Notes under the pieces: generated by a model
Database searches by the model: none
Seen by the model: the letters and a program-made list of their open reading frames with translations, nothing else
What the model was told of the DNA's origin: nothing
Made by a program: the position numbers and the translations under genes
Part shown: positions 8,191 through 14,945 of the stretch, one piece after another
Layout of the letters: each line of letters starts with the position of its first letter
How positions within the stretch are numbered: position 1 is the first letter of the stretch
DNA from: a virus
IMG/VR virus record: IMGVR_UViG_3300045988_121094
Coordinates: 1-37,061 of that record
Reading direction: 5' to 3' (one strand)
DNA: 37,061 nt

Positions 8191-8487
8191 TTATAGACTA
8201 ATTACCTTAGAACTTTCTGATAATATATTTGAAAGTATTCTTTTTATATTTTCATACTTCTCCTTAAGCTCTGCATTTTCTCTCTCTAATCTTCTTTTTT
8301 CTAAGGGTGAAAATCTTTCAAGTTCTACTCCTTCTAATTCAGAAATATATTTAGGATGAAACATAGTCCCTGGAACTCCACTACATGGAGTTATAACATT
8401 TTCTGATATATACCTTCTGATGGTACTTTCATCCTTCCCCCAACGCCTCGCCAAATCTTTAACTGATAATAACCTTATCTCTTCCAT
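8191..8487 (-). CDS. HTH DNA-binding protein (MerR/excisionase-like HTH plus coiled coil)
   Basis: MEEIRLLSVKDLARRWGKDESTIRRYISENV.. Start moved to the ATG after GGGGG; the track extension MKLGVA has no RBS. Confidence 0.55.
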   Translation of the reverse strand: MEEIRLLSVKDLARRWGKDESTIRRYISENVITPCSGVPGTMFHPKYISELEGVELERFSPLEKRRLERENAELKEKYENIKRILSNILSESSKVISL

Positions 8488-8496
8488 TGCAACCCC

Positions 8497-8515
8497 CAGT
8501 TTCATATTTGATACT
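8497..8515 (-). promoter_or_regulatory. Operator-like site OC (AGTATCA-AATA-TGAAACT on minus strand)
   Basis: Near-copy of the site at 8748-8765, placed directly 5' of the HTH gene RBS. Confidence 0.4.
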
Positions 8516-8516
8516 T

Positions 8517-8735
8517 TTAGATAATAAAATATTTATCTATACTTACTCCATATGTTTTATTTAATAATTTCAGTTCTGCTATACTAAAATCACCGCCTGT
8601 CCCATTAATATTTTGGTTTAAAGCAGAGTTTGATTTCTTTAGCAATTTTGCTACTTCACTCTGTTTAATATTATTTTCAACTAAAAATGATTTAAACTTT
8701 GCATATGGTGCTCTCTTTCTATTTATATCTTTCAT
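8517..8735 (-). CDS. Cro-like XRE-family HTH regulator
   Basis: ..NIKQSEVAKLLKKSNSALNQNINGTG.. HTH. First gene of the leftward early operon. Start at the ATG after GGAGGTGG. Confidence 0.65.
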   Translation of the reverse strand: MKDINRKRAPYAKFKSFLVENNIKQSEVAKLLKKSNSALNQNINGTGGDFSIAELKLLNKTYGVSIDKYFII

Positions 8736-8747
8736 TTTTCCACCTCC

Positions 8748-8765
8748 AAGTTTCATATTGATACT
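8748..8765 (-). promoter_or_regulatory. Operator-like site OB (AGTATCA-ATA-TGAAACT imperfect dyad)
   Basis: Half-sites AGTATCA and AGTTTCA are 6/7 symmetric. Lies just downstream of the leftward -10. Confidence 0.45.
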
Positions 8766-8768
8766 TTT

Positions 8769-8796
8769 ATTATAACAAAAGAAGTTTCGAAGTCAA
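8769..8796 (-). promoter_or_regulatory. Leftward early promoter (TTGACT-16 nt-TATAAT)
   Basis: Minus-strand TTGACT (8791-8796) and TATAAT (8769-8774) read directly. Confidence 0.6.
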
Positions 8797-8824
8797 TAAC
8801 TTTTTTTAAGTTTCTGTAAATATT

Positions 8825-8843
8825 TGTTGCAAATATGAAACTT
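8825..8843 (+). promoter_or_regulatory. Operator-like site OA (TGTTGCA-AATA-TGAAACT) overlapping the repressor promoter
   Basis: Shares the core ATATGAAACT with OB and OC. Covers the -35 and spacer of the rightward promoter. Confidence 0.4.
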
Positions 8844-8855
8844 TAGTATTATAAT
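8827..8855 (+). promoter_or_regulatory. Rightward lysogeny promoter (TTGCAA-17 nt-TATAAT)
   Basis: TTGCAA 8827-8832, TATAAT 8850-8855, about 30 nt upstream of the repressor start. Confidence 0.6.
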
Positions 8856-8885
8856 TTAGATATATCTAAATTAAAGGAGATTGTT

Positions 8886-9398
8886 ATGAAACTTATAGGT
8901 GATATTATTAAAGAGTTGAGAATTGAAAATGAACTTACTCAAGAAGAACTTGCCATTAAACTAAATAACTTATATAACACTAAGCTAAATAAAGGCATGA
9001 TATCAAAATGGGAAGCAAATAAATCAGAACCTAGATTTGAATATGTAAAATATTTATCTAAACTTTACAATGTAACATTAGACTATTTGTTAGGATTATC
9101 TGAATATAGAAATAAAGAAGAAGAATTTGCTAATCATAAAAACAAAGTAATAGATTTTACAAAACAACATAATAATTCTTATATAAATGATATTCTAAAA
9201 AATCTAGAAAAGTTAAATGATTTAGGTAAGAAAGAAGCCGTTAAAAGAATATCTGAATTAACTGAAATAAATAAATACATAGATGACAAATCTCATTTAG
9301 AACCTTTTGCAGCCCACCACAAAGAAGGAAACTTTACATCTGAGGATTATAAAAATGATATTGATATTATGAATAATGACGATTTATGGAATAGTTAA
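8886..9398 (+). CDS. Phage repressor, XRE-family HTH (ImmR/CI-like; no S24 peptidase domain seen)
   Basis: N-terminal ..LTQEELAIKLNNLYNTKLNKGMISKWEANKSEP.. Divergent from the cro-like gene and followed by an ImmA-like gene. RBS AAAGGAGA. Confidence 0.8.
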   Translation: MKLIGDIIKELRIENELTQEELAIKLNNLYNTKLNKGMISKWEANKSEPRFEYVKYLSKLYNVTLDYLLGLSEYRNKEEEFANHKNKVIDFTKQHNNSYINDILKNLEKLNDLGKKEAVKRISELTEINKYIDDKSHLEPFAAHHKEGNFTSEDYKNDIDIMNNDDLWNS

Positions 9399-9413
9399 TT
9401 AAAGGGTGATTAA

Positions 9414-9872
9414 ATGACATATGAGAGTTTATTAACTGAGGCTGACAGTTTAGGATTAATAGTTAAAGAAGTTGATTTCAAAACATATGATGGACTTTGC
9501 AAAGGTAATAGAATTGGTATTAATAAAAATTTAAAAACAGATAAAGAAAAAAAGTGTATTTTAGCGGAGGAAATATCTCATTACAAGTTGACAGTTGGTG
9601 ATATATCTGACCTTTCCAAGATAGAAAATATGAAGCAAGAAATTAAAGCTAGACGAGAAGGATATGATAAGCTTGTTGGTATTACTAGAATAATAAATGC
9701 ATTTGAACATGGAGTAAAATCACTATATGAAATGTCTGATTTCCTAGATGTTACTGAAGAGTTTCTAGAAGATGCTATAAAATATTATAAGATTAAATAT
9801 GGTACTTATTTTGAAATAGATAACTATCTTATTTGCTTTGAACCAAACTTGCAAATTATCAAAAAATTTTAA
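9414..9872 (+). CDS. ImmA/IrrE-like protein (variant metal motif AEEISHY)
   Basis: Position directly after the repressor. Motif ..KKCILAEEISHYKLTVGDI.. and ..QEIKARREGYDKLV.. resemble the short phage ImmA subfamily. Confidence 0.6.
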   Translation: MTYESLLTEADSLGLIVKEVDFKTYDGLCKGNRIGINKNLKTDKEKKCILAEEISHYKLTVGDISDLSKIENMKQEIKARREGYDKLVGITRIINAFEHGVKSLYEMSDFLDVTEEFLEDAIKYYKIKYGTYFEIDNYLICFEPNLQIIKKF

Positions 9873-9885
9873 GGAGTTGATATAA

Positions 9886-10986
9886 TTGGATTACAATATT
9901 ACATATAGAAAAAAGGATAACGGAATACAAGTAATAATATCGTATAAAGATAACTTAGGAAAATGGAGACAAAAATCAAAACAAGGTTTTCCAGATAATC
10001 GAGAAGGTAATAAAAAAGCTAAGATAGCTGCTGATTCAATGTTACAAGAATTAAAAAACACCATAGCTCTAAATATTGAAAATGACTATAATGATATAAC
10101 ATTTGGCGAATTTTCCAACCTGTATAAGGAACATATTAATTTTCATTTAGAAGCTAAAACTATAAAGTCTTATAATATTGCTCTTAAAAATTTTGAAAGA
10201 CTAAATAAATTACAATTGTCTAGAATAAAACCAATTCATATCCAAACTTGTGTTGATAACATGATCAAGAAAGGTGTAAGGACATCTTCTATTAAAACTT
10301 ATTTAGCTAAAATTAAGGTTATTTTTAAAGCAGCGATAGAACAATATAATTTATTATCAATCAATCCTGTTAAAAATATAAAACTAGAAAATGATAAAAG
10401 AAAAATAGAGAAAAAGGTATTATCGAATAAAGAACTAGAGTCTTTATTATCTGATATGCTTAATAAATTTAGAAACAAACACTATTATATTATAACTTTA
10501 CTAGCTTCTAAATGCGGCTTAAGAATAGGAGAAATATTAGGATTACGTTGGAGTGATATAGATTATGAAAATAGATTCTTAAATATAGAATATCAATGGA
10601 AGATTAATAAAAATGGCGAACATGGATTTGGAATTCCCAAAAGTGCTAATTCTATAAGAAAAGTCCCTCTCCCTACAATAGTGATAAATGAATTAATTAA
10701 ATACAATAAAGAAACTCCAAGAAATATTGATAATCGAATTCTACCATACAAAAACACCACAGCATTATCAGTAAATCTAGTGAAAAAATATCGTGAATTC
10801 GGATACGATATAACTCTTCATGAGCTTAGACATACATATGCAACTAATTTAATAGCTAATGGAATAGATTTTAAGACTGCTGCTAAGATCCTTGGTCATG
10901 ATATCGAAATGACAATGAAAATATATTCTCATGTTACAGATAATATGCTAAAAAAGGCTAGCCTAGTAATAGAGGATATATCATAA
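9886..10986 (+). CDS. int: Tyrosine site-specific integrase
   Basis: CGLRIGEILGLRWSDID (box I Arg), HELRHTYATNLI (H-x-x-R), LGHDIEMTMKIYSHV (catalytic Tyr). TTG start after AAGGAG. Confidence 0.9.
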   Translation: MDYNITYRKKDNGIQVIISYKDNLGKWRQKSKQGFPDNREGNKKAKIAADSMLQELKNTIALNIENDYNDITFGEFSNLYKEHINFHLEAKTIKSYNIALKNFERLNKLQLSRIKPIHIQTCVDNMIKKGVRTSSIKTYLAKIKVIFKAAIEQYNLLSINPVKNIKLENDKRKIEKKVLSNKELESLLSDMLNKFRNKHYYIITLLASKCGLRIGEILGLRWSDIDYENRFLNIEYQWKINKNGEHGFGIPKSANSIRKVPLPTIVINELIKYNKETPRNIDNRILPYKNTTALSVNLVKKYREFGYDITLHELRHTYATNLIANGIDFKTAAKILGHDIEMTMKIYSHVTDNMLKKASLVIEDIS

Positions 10987-11019
10987 GCAGAAGAATAAGG
11001 TTATTAAAATCTTCTGCTT
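10985..11019 (+). terminator. Stem-loop after int (10-bp stem aagcagaaga / tcttctgctt)
   Basis: Perfect 10-bp stem, 15-nt loop. The T-run comes only after a 10-nt gap. Confidence 0.45.
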
Positions 11020-11029
11020 ACAATTAAAA

Positions 11030-11049
11030 TTTTTGACGATTTTTTGACG
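11030..11049 (+). repeat. Tandem TTTTTGACG x2 (11-bp phasing): candidate integrase arm-type sites, left set
   Basis: TTTTTGACG at 11030-11038 and 11041-11049. Confidence 0.5.
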
Positions 11050-11069
11050 TTTAACAATAGACTCCTTTG

Positions 11070-11102
11070 TTTATAAGCTTCTACATATTTTATAAACTTC
11101 TA
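11070..11102 (+). repeat. Direct repeat TTTATAAGCTTCTA / TTTATAAACTTCTA in the candidate attP core region
   Basis: 11070-11083 and 11089-11102, 13/14 identical. Confidence 0.5.
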
Positions 11103-11225
11103 ACATAAAATATTATTGCTGTTATTTTAAAATATGTAAATCGCCTTAAAAGTATGCAATCTATTGATTTAGATAGATTTTCTCAATTGATTAAAATTAT
11201 AAAACTTAATAATATACGACAATAG

Positions 11226-11245
11226 TTTTTGACGAATTTTTGACG
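11226..11245 (+). repeat. Tandem TTTTTGACG x2 (11-bp phasing): candidate arm-type sites, right set
   Basis: TTTTTGACG at 11226-11234 and 11237-11245, same orientation as the left set. Confidence 0.5.
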
Positions 11246-11254
11246 AGAGAACTA

Positions 11255-11287
11255 TAAAAAAATAGAGTAGAAAATTAATTCTACTCT
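11255..11287 (-). terminator. Rho-independent terminator closing the accessory island
   Basis: 9-bp stem agagtagaa / ttctactct, 6-nt loop, followed on the minus strand by TTTTTTT. Confidence 0.65.
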
Positions 11288-11314
11288 GAATAATAAAATA
11301 AAATTAAGTTAATA

Positions 11315-11731
11315 CTATTTGTATAGCATTTTTAAAATCGTGCTTGTGTGATTTATAGTTAAGGTTGGTTGCTTTAACATACTATAAATCGCATGAGCAT
11401 TATTTTTATATTTTTTCTTATCTTTTAATTGCTCTCTTAAATAATTTTCTATTCCTATAATTTGCCCTCTAGATATTTCTTTATGTTGCAATTTATATTT
11501 GAATAGATCTCTTACTTTTTTATATTCTTCTTCTACTTCTGGCTCTCTTGTATAGTCTATAATTGTATCTTCTAGTTTCTTCTTATATAATGTAGGATTC
11601 ATATGCCCACATCTTATAACCTCTTCTGCTTCAAATGCTTTTCTAGGTGCAACTTTAATTTTATTTACAATATAAAAGGTCACTACCTTTATAGCTGCTA
11701 CCCCGACAATTATTAATAGTAGTATCTCCAT
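11315..11731 (-). CDS. Membrane-anchored hypothetical protein (138 aa), attP-proximal accessory gene
   Basis: N-terminal TM MEILLLIIVGVAAIKVVTFYIV, then a charged soluble domain. No recognisable motif. Confidence 0.55.
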   Translation of the reverse strand: MEILLLIIVGVAAIKVVTFYIVNKIKVAPRKAFEAEEVIRCGHMNPTLYKKKLEDTIIDYTREPEVEEEYKKVRDLFKYKLQHKEISRGQIIGIENYLREQLKDKKKYKNNAHAIYSMLKQPTLTINHTSTILKMLYK

Positions 11732-11768
11732 TTTCTTTCTTCCTTCCTATGTTTATTTAATACCCTAT

Positions 11769-11916
11769 TGTAGTCCTCCTTTCTACGTTTTGTATAAATC
11801 TTTTCTTGTGTTTTGTATAAATATCTTCTAATGTAATAGGGTATGTACTGTAGATTAACTTGTAGAATATAATGTAGAATCTACATCTTAATCCTCGTTT
11901 AAGTAATCTACGTTTT
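11769..11916. repeat. Repeat-dense non-coding locus (iteron / oriT / clt-like)
   Basis: TGTAGAWT x3 in 12-bp phase, GTTTTGTATAAAT x2, TCTACGTTTT x2, and the 15-nt palindrome ATGTAGAATCTACAT. No ORF. Confidence 0.7.
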
Positions 11917-11994
11917 ATGCCTTATAATTCTCATAATTAAAGGATTCTTTCTATCCAATAAAATAAGAAATGTGGAGCATAGCGAGTAAAGTAA

Positions 11995-12576
11995 TTATTG
12001 TAATAGAAGTTGCTCCAGTTTAGAGTATGACAAGTCAGTATAAATAACTTCAAAATTACTAGAATTATACCTAATACCTTTACTTGGTCTTGATATTACT
12101 ATCATTGGAAATGTTCCAAAAAAGTCTTTATAGTTTTCTCTTTCAGAATATAATTTTTCATAGAGTGTATTCATTTTTATATTAGAAGTATAATGTGTAT
12201 AATCTACTTCTAATAAAGTAATATATTTATAATCTTCATATCTAAATAATACATAAGCATCTGGTCTTATTAACCCACCTAGATATATTGGTTCTATTTT
12301 AACATCTATTAGTTTGCAACCTAATCTTTTTAGTTCTTTAAGATAATCATAAATATATAGTCTATGATCATTTACTTTTTTCTCCTGGTAATATACTTTC
12401 TCCTTCTTAGCTTTACTTATATAACTTTTTAATACTCCCATATCTTCTAATTGAACCATTCTCCTACTGGCTCCTTTGTAATTACCTTTAAAGAATAATT
12501 CTGTGGCTTGTCTTAATGTTATAGCTTTATATCCTTCTATCCATTTAAGTACTTCTTTATCTCTATCAGTAATCAA
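11995..12576 (-). CDS. Replic_Relax-family protein (winged-helix N domain + PD-(D/E)xK-like core)
   Basis: ITDRDKEVLKWIEGYKAITLRQATELFF...ASRRMVQLEDMGVLKS and ..IRPDAYVLF...ITLLEVDYTHYT follow the family pattern. 4-nt overlap with the FtsK-like gene. Confidence 0.65.
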   Translation of the reverse strand: MITDRDKEVLKWIEGYKAITLRQATELFFKGNYKGASRRMVQLEDMGVLKSYISKAKKEKVYYQEKKVNDHRLYIYDYLKELKRLGCKLIDVKIEPIYLGGLIRPDAYVLFRYEDYKYITLLEVDYTHYTSNIKMNTLYEKLYSERENYKDFFGTFPMIVISRPSKGIRYNSSNFEVIYTDLSYSKLEQLLLQ

Positions 12577-13877
12577 TCCTCAATCATTCCTTTCCTTATC
12601 TTCTTTTTAATAACTTTAGTTGTTGCTATTTCATTTTCATCTGCTTTATTTTCTGTTTTAGGAATATATAAAGGTAACTCTCTAGCCACTCCATTACTGC
12701 AATCTATAGGCTTTTTATTTAATAAGTTAACTTCTTTTTTAACTCCTGGAATAATTATTTCTGGTACATACTCATGTAAGACTTTAAAATCTTCATCTAT
12801 CCAAGATGTTTTAATAATCTCCATGGCTTTACTAGTTCCATAACATAAACATTCTCTATCTTCTAGCTGTGTTGCATCATCACACTCGATTATATTTCTA
12901 CTATCTATTGAGCTTATTTGTCTAAAGGTAATTCTACATAATTGGCTTTTTACATCACTAGGAAGATTTGTTGTGGTACTTCTTTGAGTAAGACTTAATA
13001 AATGTATTCCACTACTCCTACCAGCTTTTGCAATAGTTAAAATTGCACTCCAACATTTATTTTTAAGTTTTTTATCTTCTTCTGCATCTGAATCTTCTGG
13101 CATAAAAAAGGATATCTCCTCAGTAATGCAATATATTCTTTTCATTTTACTTTTATAATGCTTATTGTAGTGGTTTAAATTCTTTACACCTAATTCCGTA
13201 AATTTTCTAGATCTTTCATCTACTAATTTTGCTAACTTATCTAAATCAAAAGCTACTTCTTTAAGGTTCTTTCCTACAAACTTAACTGGCTTACATTTTT
13301 CAAATAGTCCCACTTCTCCTTTCATAATCTGCAATAAATGAATTTCTATAGAGTTACTAGAGTTATAAATTAAATTAGTTAATATGCTACTTAATAAAAA
13401 ACTTTTACCAGTTCCAGTCGCTCCACCAATAAGTATATGGCACGCTTTAGTAATATCTATAAAATAATCTTCTCCATCAAATGTCTTTCCAATGTATAGC
13501 TGGTTTGGATATGCTTTTACTGGTTTAAATATAAACTTTCCTATATCTTTGTTTATTACTTTCACTTTAACTAGGCTACTAAACCTAATCTTTTCTATAG
13601 TAACTATTCCTTTAAACTTATTTTCTATTGTTTCCTTATTAACCTCTATATCTTTTGGACTTAAACCAGTTGGCATATGAATATCTAATAGATATCCATT
13701 ATCTATAAATTTAACATTCATTACTTGTGGTATAAAATTAGATTTTTTACTGTGTAAATTTAATTCTCCCATAAGTTCTTCCCACTTTTTAATTACTTTC
13801 CTTTTCTTTCTATAGTTAATAGTAAATCTATAATATATACTTGTTACCGCTAGTCCTCCAACTATTGCAAGTTCCAT
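12573..13877 (-). CDS. Membrane-anchored FtsK/SpoIIIE (TcpA/TraB-like) DNA-translocase-family ATPase
   Basis: N-terminal TM (ELAIVGGLAVTSIYY), Walker A GGATGTGKS (nt 13401-13427), Walker-B-like RIYCITEE, and LSLTQRS. Confidence 0.8.
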   Translation of the reverse strand: MELAIVGGLAVTSIYYRFTINYRKKRKVIKKWEELMGELNLHSKKSNFIPQVMNVKFIDNGYLLDIHMPTGLSPKDIEVNKETIENKFKGIVTIEKIRFSSLVKVKVINKDIGKFIFKPVKAYPNQLYIGKTFDGEDYFIDITKACHILIGGATGTGKSFLLSSILTNLIYNSSNSIEIHLLQIMKGEVGLFEKCKPVKFVGKNLKEVAFDLDKLAKLVDERSRKFTELGVKNLNHYNKHYKSKMKRIYCITEEISFFMPEDSDAEEDKKLKNKCWSAILTIAKAGRSSGIHLLSLTQRSTTTNLPSDVKSQLCRITFRQISSIDSRNIIECDDATQLEDRECLCYGTSKAMEIIKTSWIDEDFKVLHEYVPEIIIPGVKKEVNLLNKKPIDCSNGVARELPLYIPKTENKADENEIATTKVIKKKIRKGMIED

Positions 13878-13921
13878 ATTAAACCCTCCATAAATATCTT
13901 TTGATATATATGTATGCTTGT

Positions 13922-13952
13922 ATTTATAGAAAGTTTCCTATATTTATAGAAT
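13922..13952. repeat. Direct repeat TATTTATAGAA x2 (20-bp phasing) in the FtsK-gene upstream region
   Basis: 13922-13932 and 13942-13952. On the minus strand each copy contains TATAAAT. Confidence 0.55.
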
Positions 13953-13961
13953 TTTTATATA

Positions 13962-13999
13962 TAAAAAAGAACATATGATATTTATATATACCATATGTC
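13962..13999 (-). terminator. Weak AT-rich hairpin plus T-run spanning the XRE stop (attenuator candidate)
   Basis: acatatg (13972-13978) pairs with catatgt (13993-13999). The minus strand then reads TCTTTTTTAT. Confidence 0.3.
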
Positions 14000-14176
14000 C
14001 TCAACTTTCTTATTTAATTTCTTAGCAACTTCTAAAGCTTTTTCTAATGATGGCCCTGTCGTTCCTCTTTCCCATGAATAATACGTTTTGTAGTTTATTT
14101 CTATATACTTAGAAAATTCTTGTGGCTCCATCATATATTCTTTCATTCTAATTTCTTTTAATCTGTTATTAACCAC
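13982..14176 (-). CDS. Small XRE-family HTH regulator (64 aa, GTG start)
   Basis: ..QEFSKYIEINYKTYYSWERGTTGPSLEKALEVAKKL.. HTH. RBS AGGGGGTGA. Confidence 0.7.
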   Translation of the reverse strand: MVNNRLKEIRMKEYMMEPQEFSKYIEINYKTYYSWERGTTGPSLEKALEVAKKLNKKVEDIWYI

Positions 14177-14197
14177 TCAAATCACCCCCTAAAATAT

Positions 14198-14227
14198 ATT
14201 ATACATTTATACGAATCAAATTTACAA
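14198..14227 (-). promoter_or_regulatory. Candidate promoter of the XRE gene (TTGTAA-18 nt-TATAAT), with small palindrome ACAATAATTGT (14224-14234)
   Basis: Hexamers read on the minus strand. The palindrome overlaps the -35. Confidence 0.45.
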
Positions 14228-14258
14228 TAATTGTTAATAATTTAATGAGGTGATTAAA

Positions 14259-14357
14259 TTGAAATGTAAAAGAGAGTTTATAAGAATAGATTTAAGTATA
14301 AGTTTAATGTTTATATGTGTACTTAGTTCCTTAATAATTGGATTAATACTAAAATAA
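14259..14357 (+). CDS. Small hydrophobic peptide (32 aa), divergent from the XRE gene
   Basis: GAGGTGA-5 nt-TTG. MKCKREFIRIDLSISLMFICVLSSLIIGLILK. Followed by a hairpin. Confidence 0.35.
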   Translation: MKCKREFIRIDLSISLMFICVLSSLIIGLILK

Positions 14358-14361
14358 AGCA

Positions 14362-14378
14362 CCTAGATTTAATCTAGG
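14362..14378. terminator. Short bidirectional hairpin (cctaga/tctagg) between convergent small genes
   Basis: 6-bp stem, 5-nt loop. T-rich tracts on both sides (better on the minus strand: CTTTATTTTAG). Confidence 0.35.
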
Positions 14379-14388
14379 CACTTTATTC

Positions 14389-14565
14389 CTATAGTTGCTT
14401 TCTTCTCTCTGCAATTAAATTCTCCAGTTCTATTAAATCCTCTTCTGTAGCTTGATTTTTTATAAAACCTCTAGCTGTAGATCTATTTCTTAAATATCTT
14501 GCTTTTTCTCTATTCTTTTCTTGCCATTTTTTATTAGCTTCCGTTTGATTATTTTTTTCTTCCAT
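14389..14565 (-). CDS. Small basic/acidic helical protein (58 aa)
   Basis: GGAGGTTATCTATTA-ATG. MEEKNNQTEANKKWQEKNREKARYLRNRSTARGFIKNQATEEDLIELENLIAERRKQL. Confidence 0.5.
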   Translation of the reverse strand: MEEKNNQTEANKKWQEKNREKARYLRNRSTARGFIKNQATEEDLIELENLIAERRKQL

Positions 14566-14579
14566 TAATAGATAACCTC

Positions 14580-14672
14580 CTAAATAAATGCTGTTATTAT
14601 TGTTATTACTAATGCCACTATACTTATTACTAAGGAGATTATTGCAATTTTAAATGACTTCTTTTCTTCCAT
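14580..14672 (-). CDS. Tiny single-TM peptide (30 aa)
   Basis: GGAGGTTTTAAAA-ATG. MEEKKSFKIAIISLVISIVALVITIITAFI. Its stop overlaps the next RBS. Confidence 0.45.
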   Translation of the reverse strand: MEEKKSFKIAIISLVISIVALVITIITAFI

Positions 14673-14757
14673 TTTTAAAACCTCCATGATATACTTATAA
14701 TAATAAAAGAAGAAGTAAAAAGTTATTTTGTGAAGGGAGTTTCCTCCCCTCTTAGTA

Positions 14758-14904
14758 TTATTGCTTTAACAGTTTTTCTATTAAACTTATCAAGGCGTTT
14801 ATTAGATTAATTAAAGCTGTTATTAATGTGATAATCAAGGTTGTTTGTGTGAGTGTTTTAACCTTATTAACTTTTTTCTTCTTCTTTTTTCTTTGCAACT
14901 TCAT
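14758..14904 (-). CDS. Small single-TM protein with poly-Lys N-terminus (48 aa)
   Basis: AAGGAGGTG-ATG. MKLQRKKKKKKVNKVKTLTQTTLIITLITALINLINALISLIEKLLKQ. Followed by an 8-bp stem with a GAAA loop. Confidence 0.5.
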   Translation of the reverse strand: MKLQRKKKKKKVNKVKTLTQTTLIITLITALINLINALISLIEKLLKQ

Positions 14905-14919
14905 CACCTCCTTACAATT

Positions 14920-14945
14920 ATATTATACTATCGATAGTATAATAT
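14920..14945. promoter_or_regulatory. Perfect 26-bp palindrome (operator candidate) inside the promoter spacer
   Basis: atattatactatc|gatagtataatat read directly. Confidence 0.75.

Noticed and set aside
8488-8756. N-terminal extensions MKLGVA.. (to 8505) and MKLGGGK.. (to 8756) given by the ORF track
   Set aside because: The ATGAAACT start words are part of the repeated operator-like motif and have no RBS. Strong RBSs (GGGGG, GGAGGTGG) sit inside the extensions, in front of the downstream ATGs. A near-leaderless start at 8756 cannot be fully excluded.
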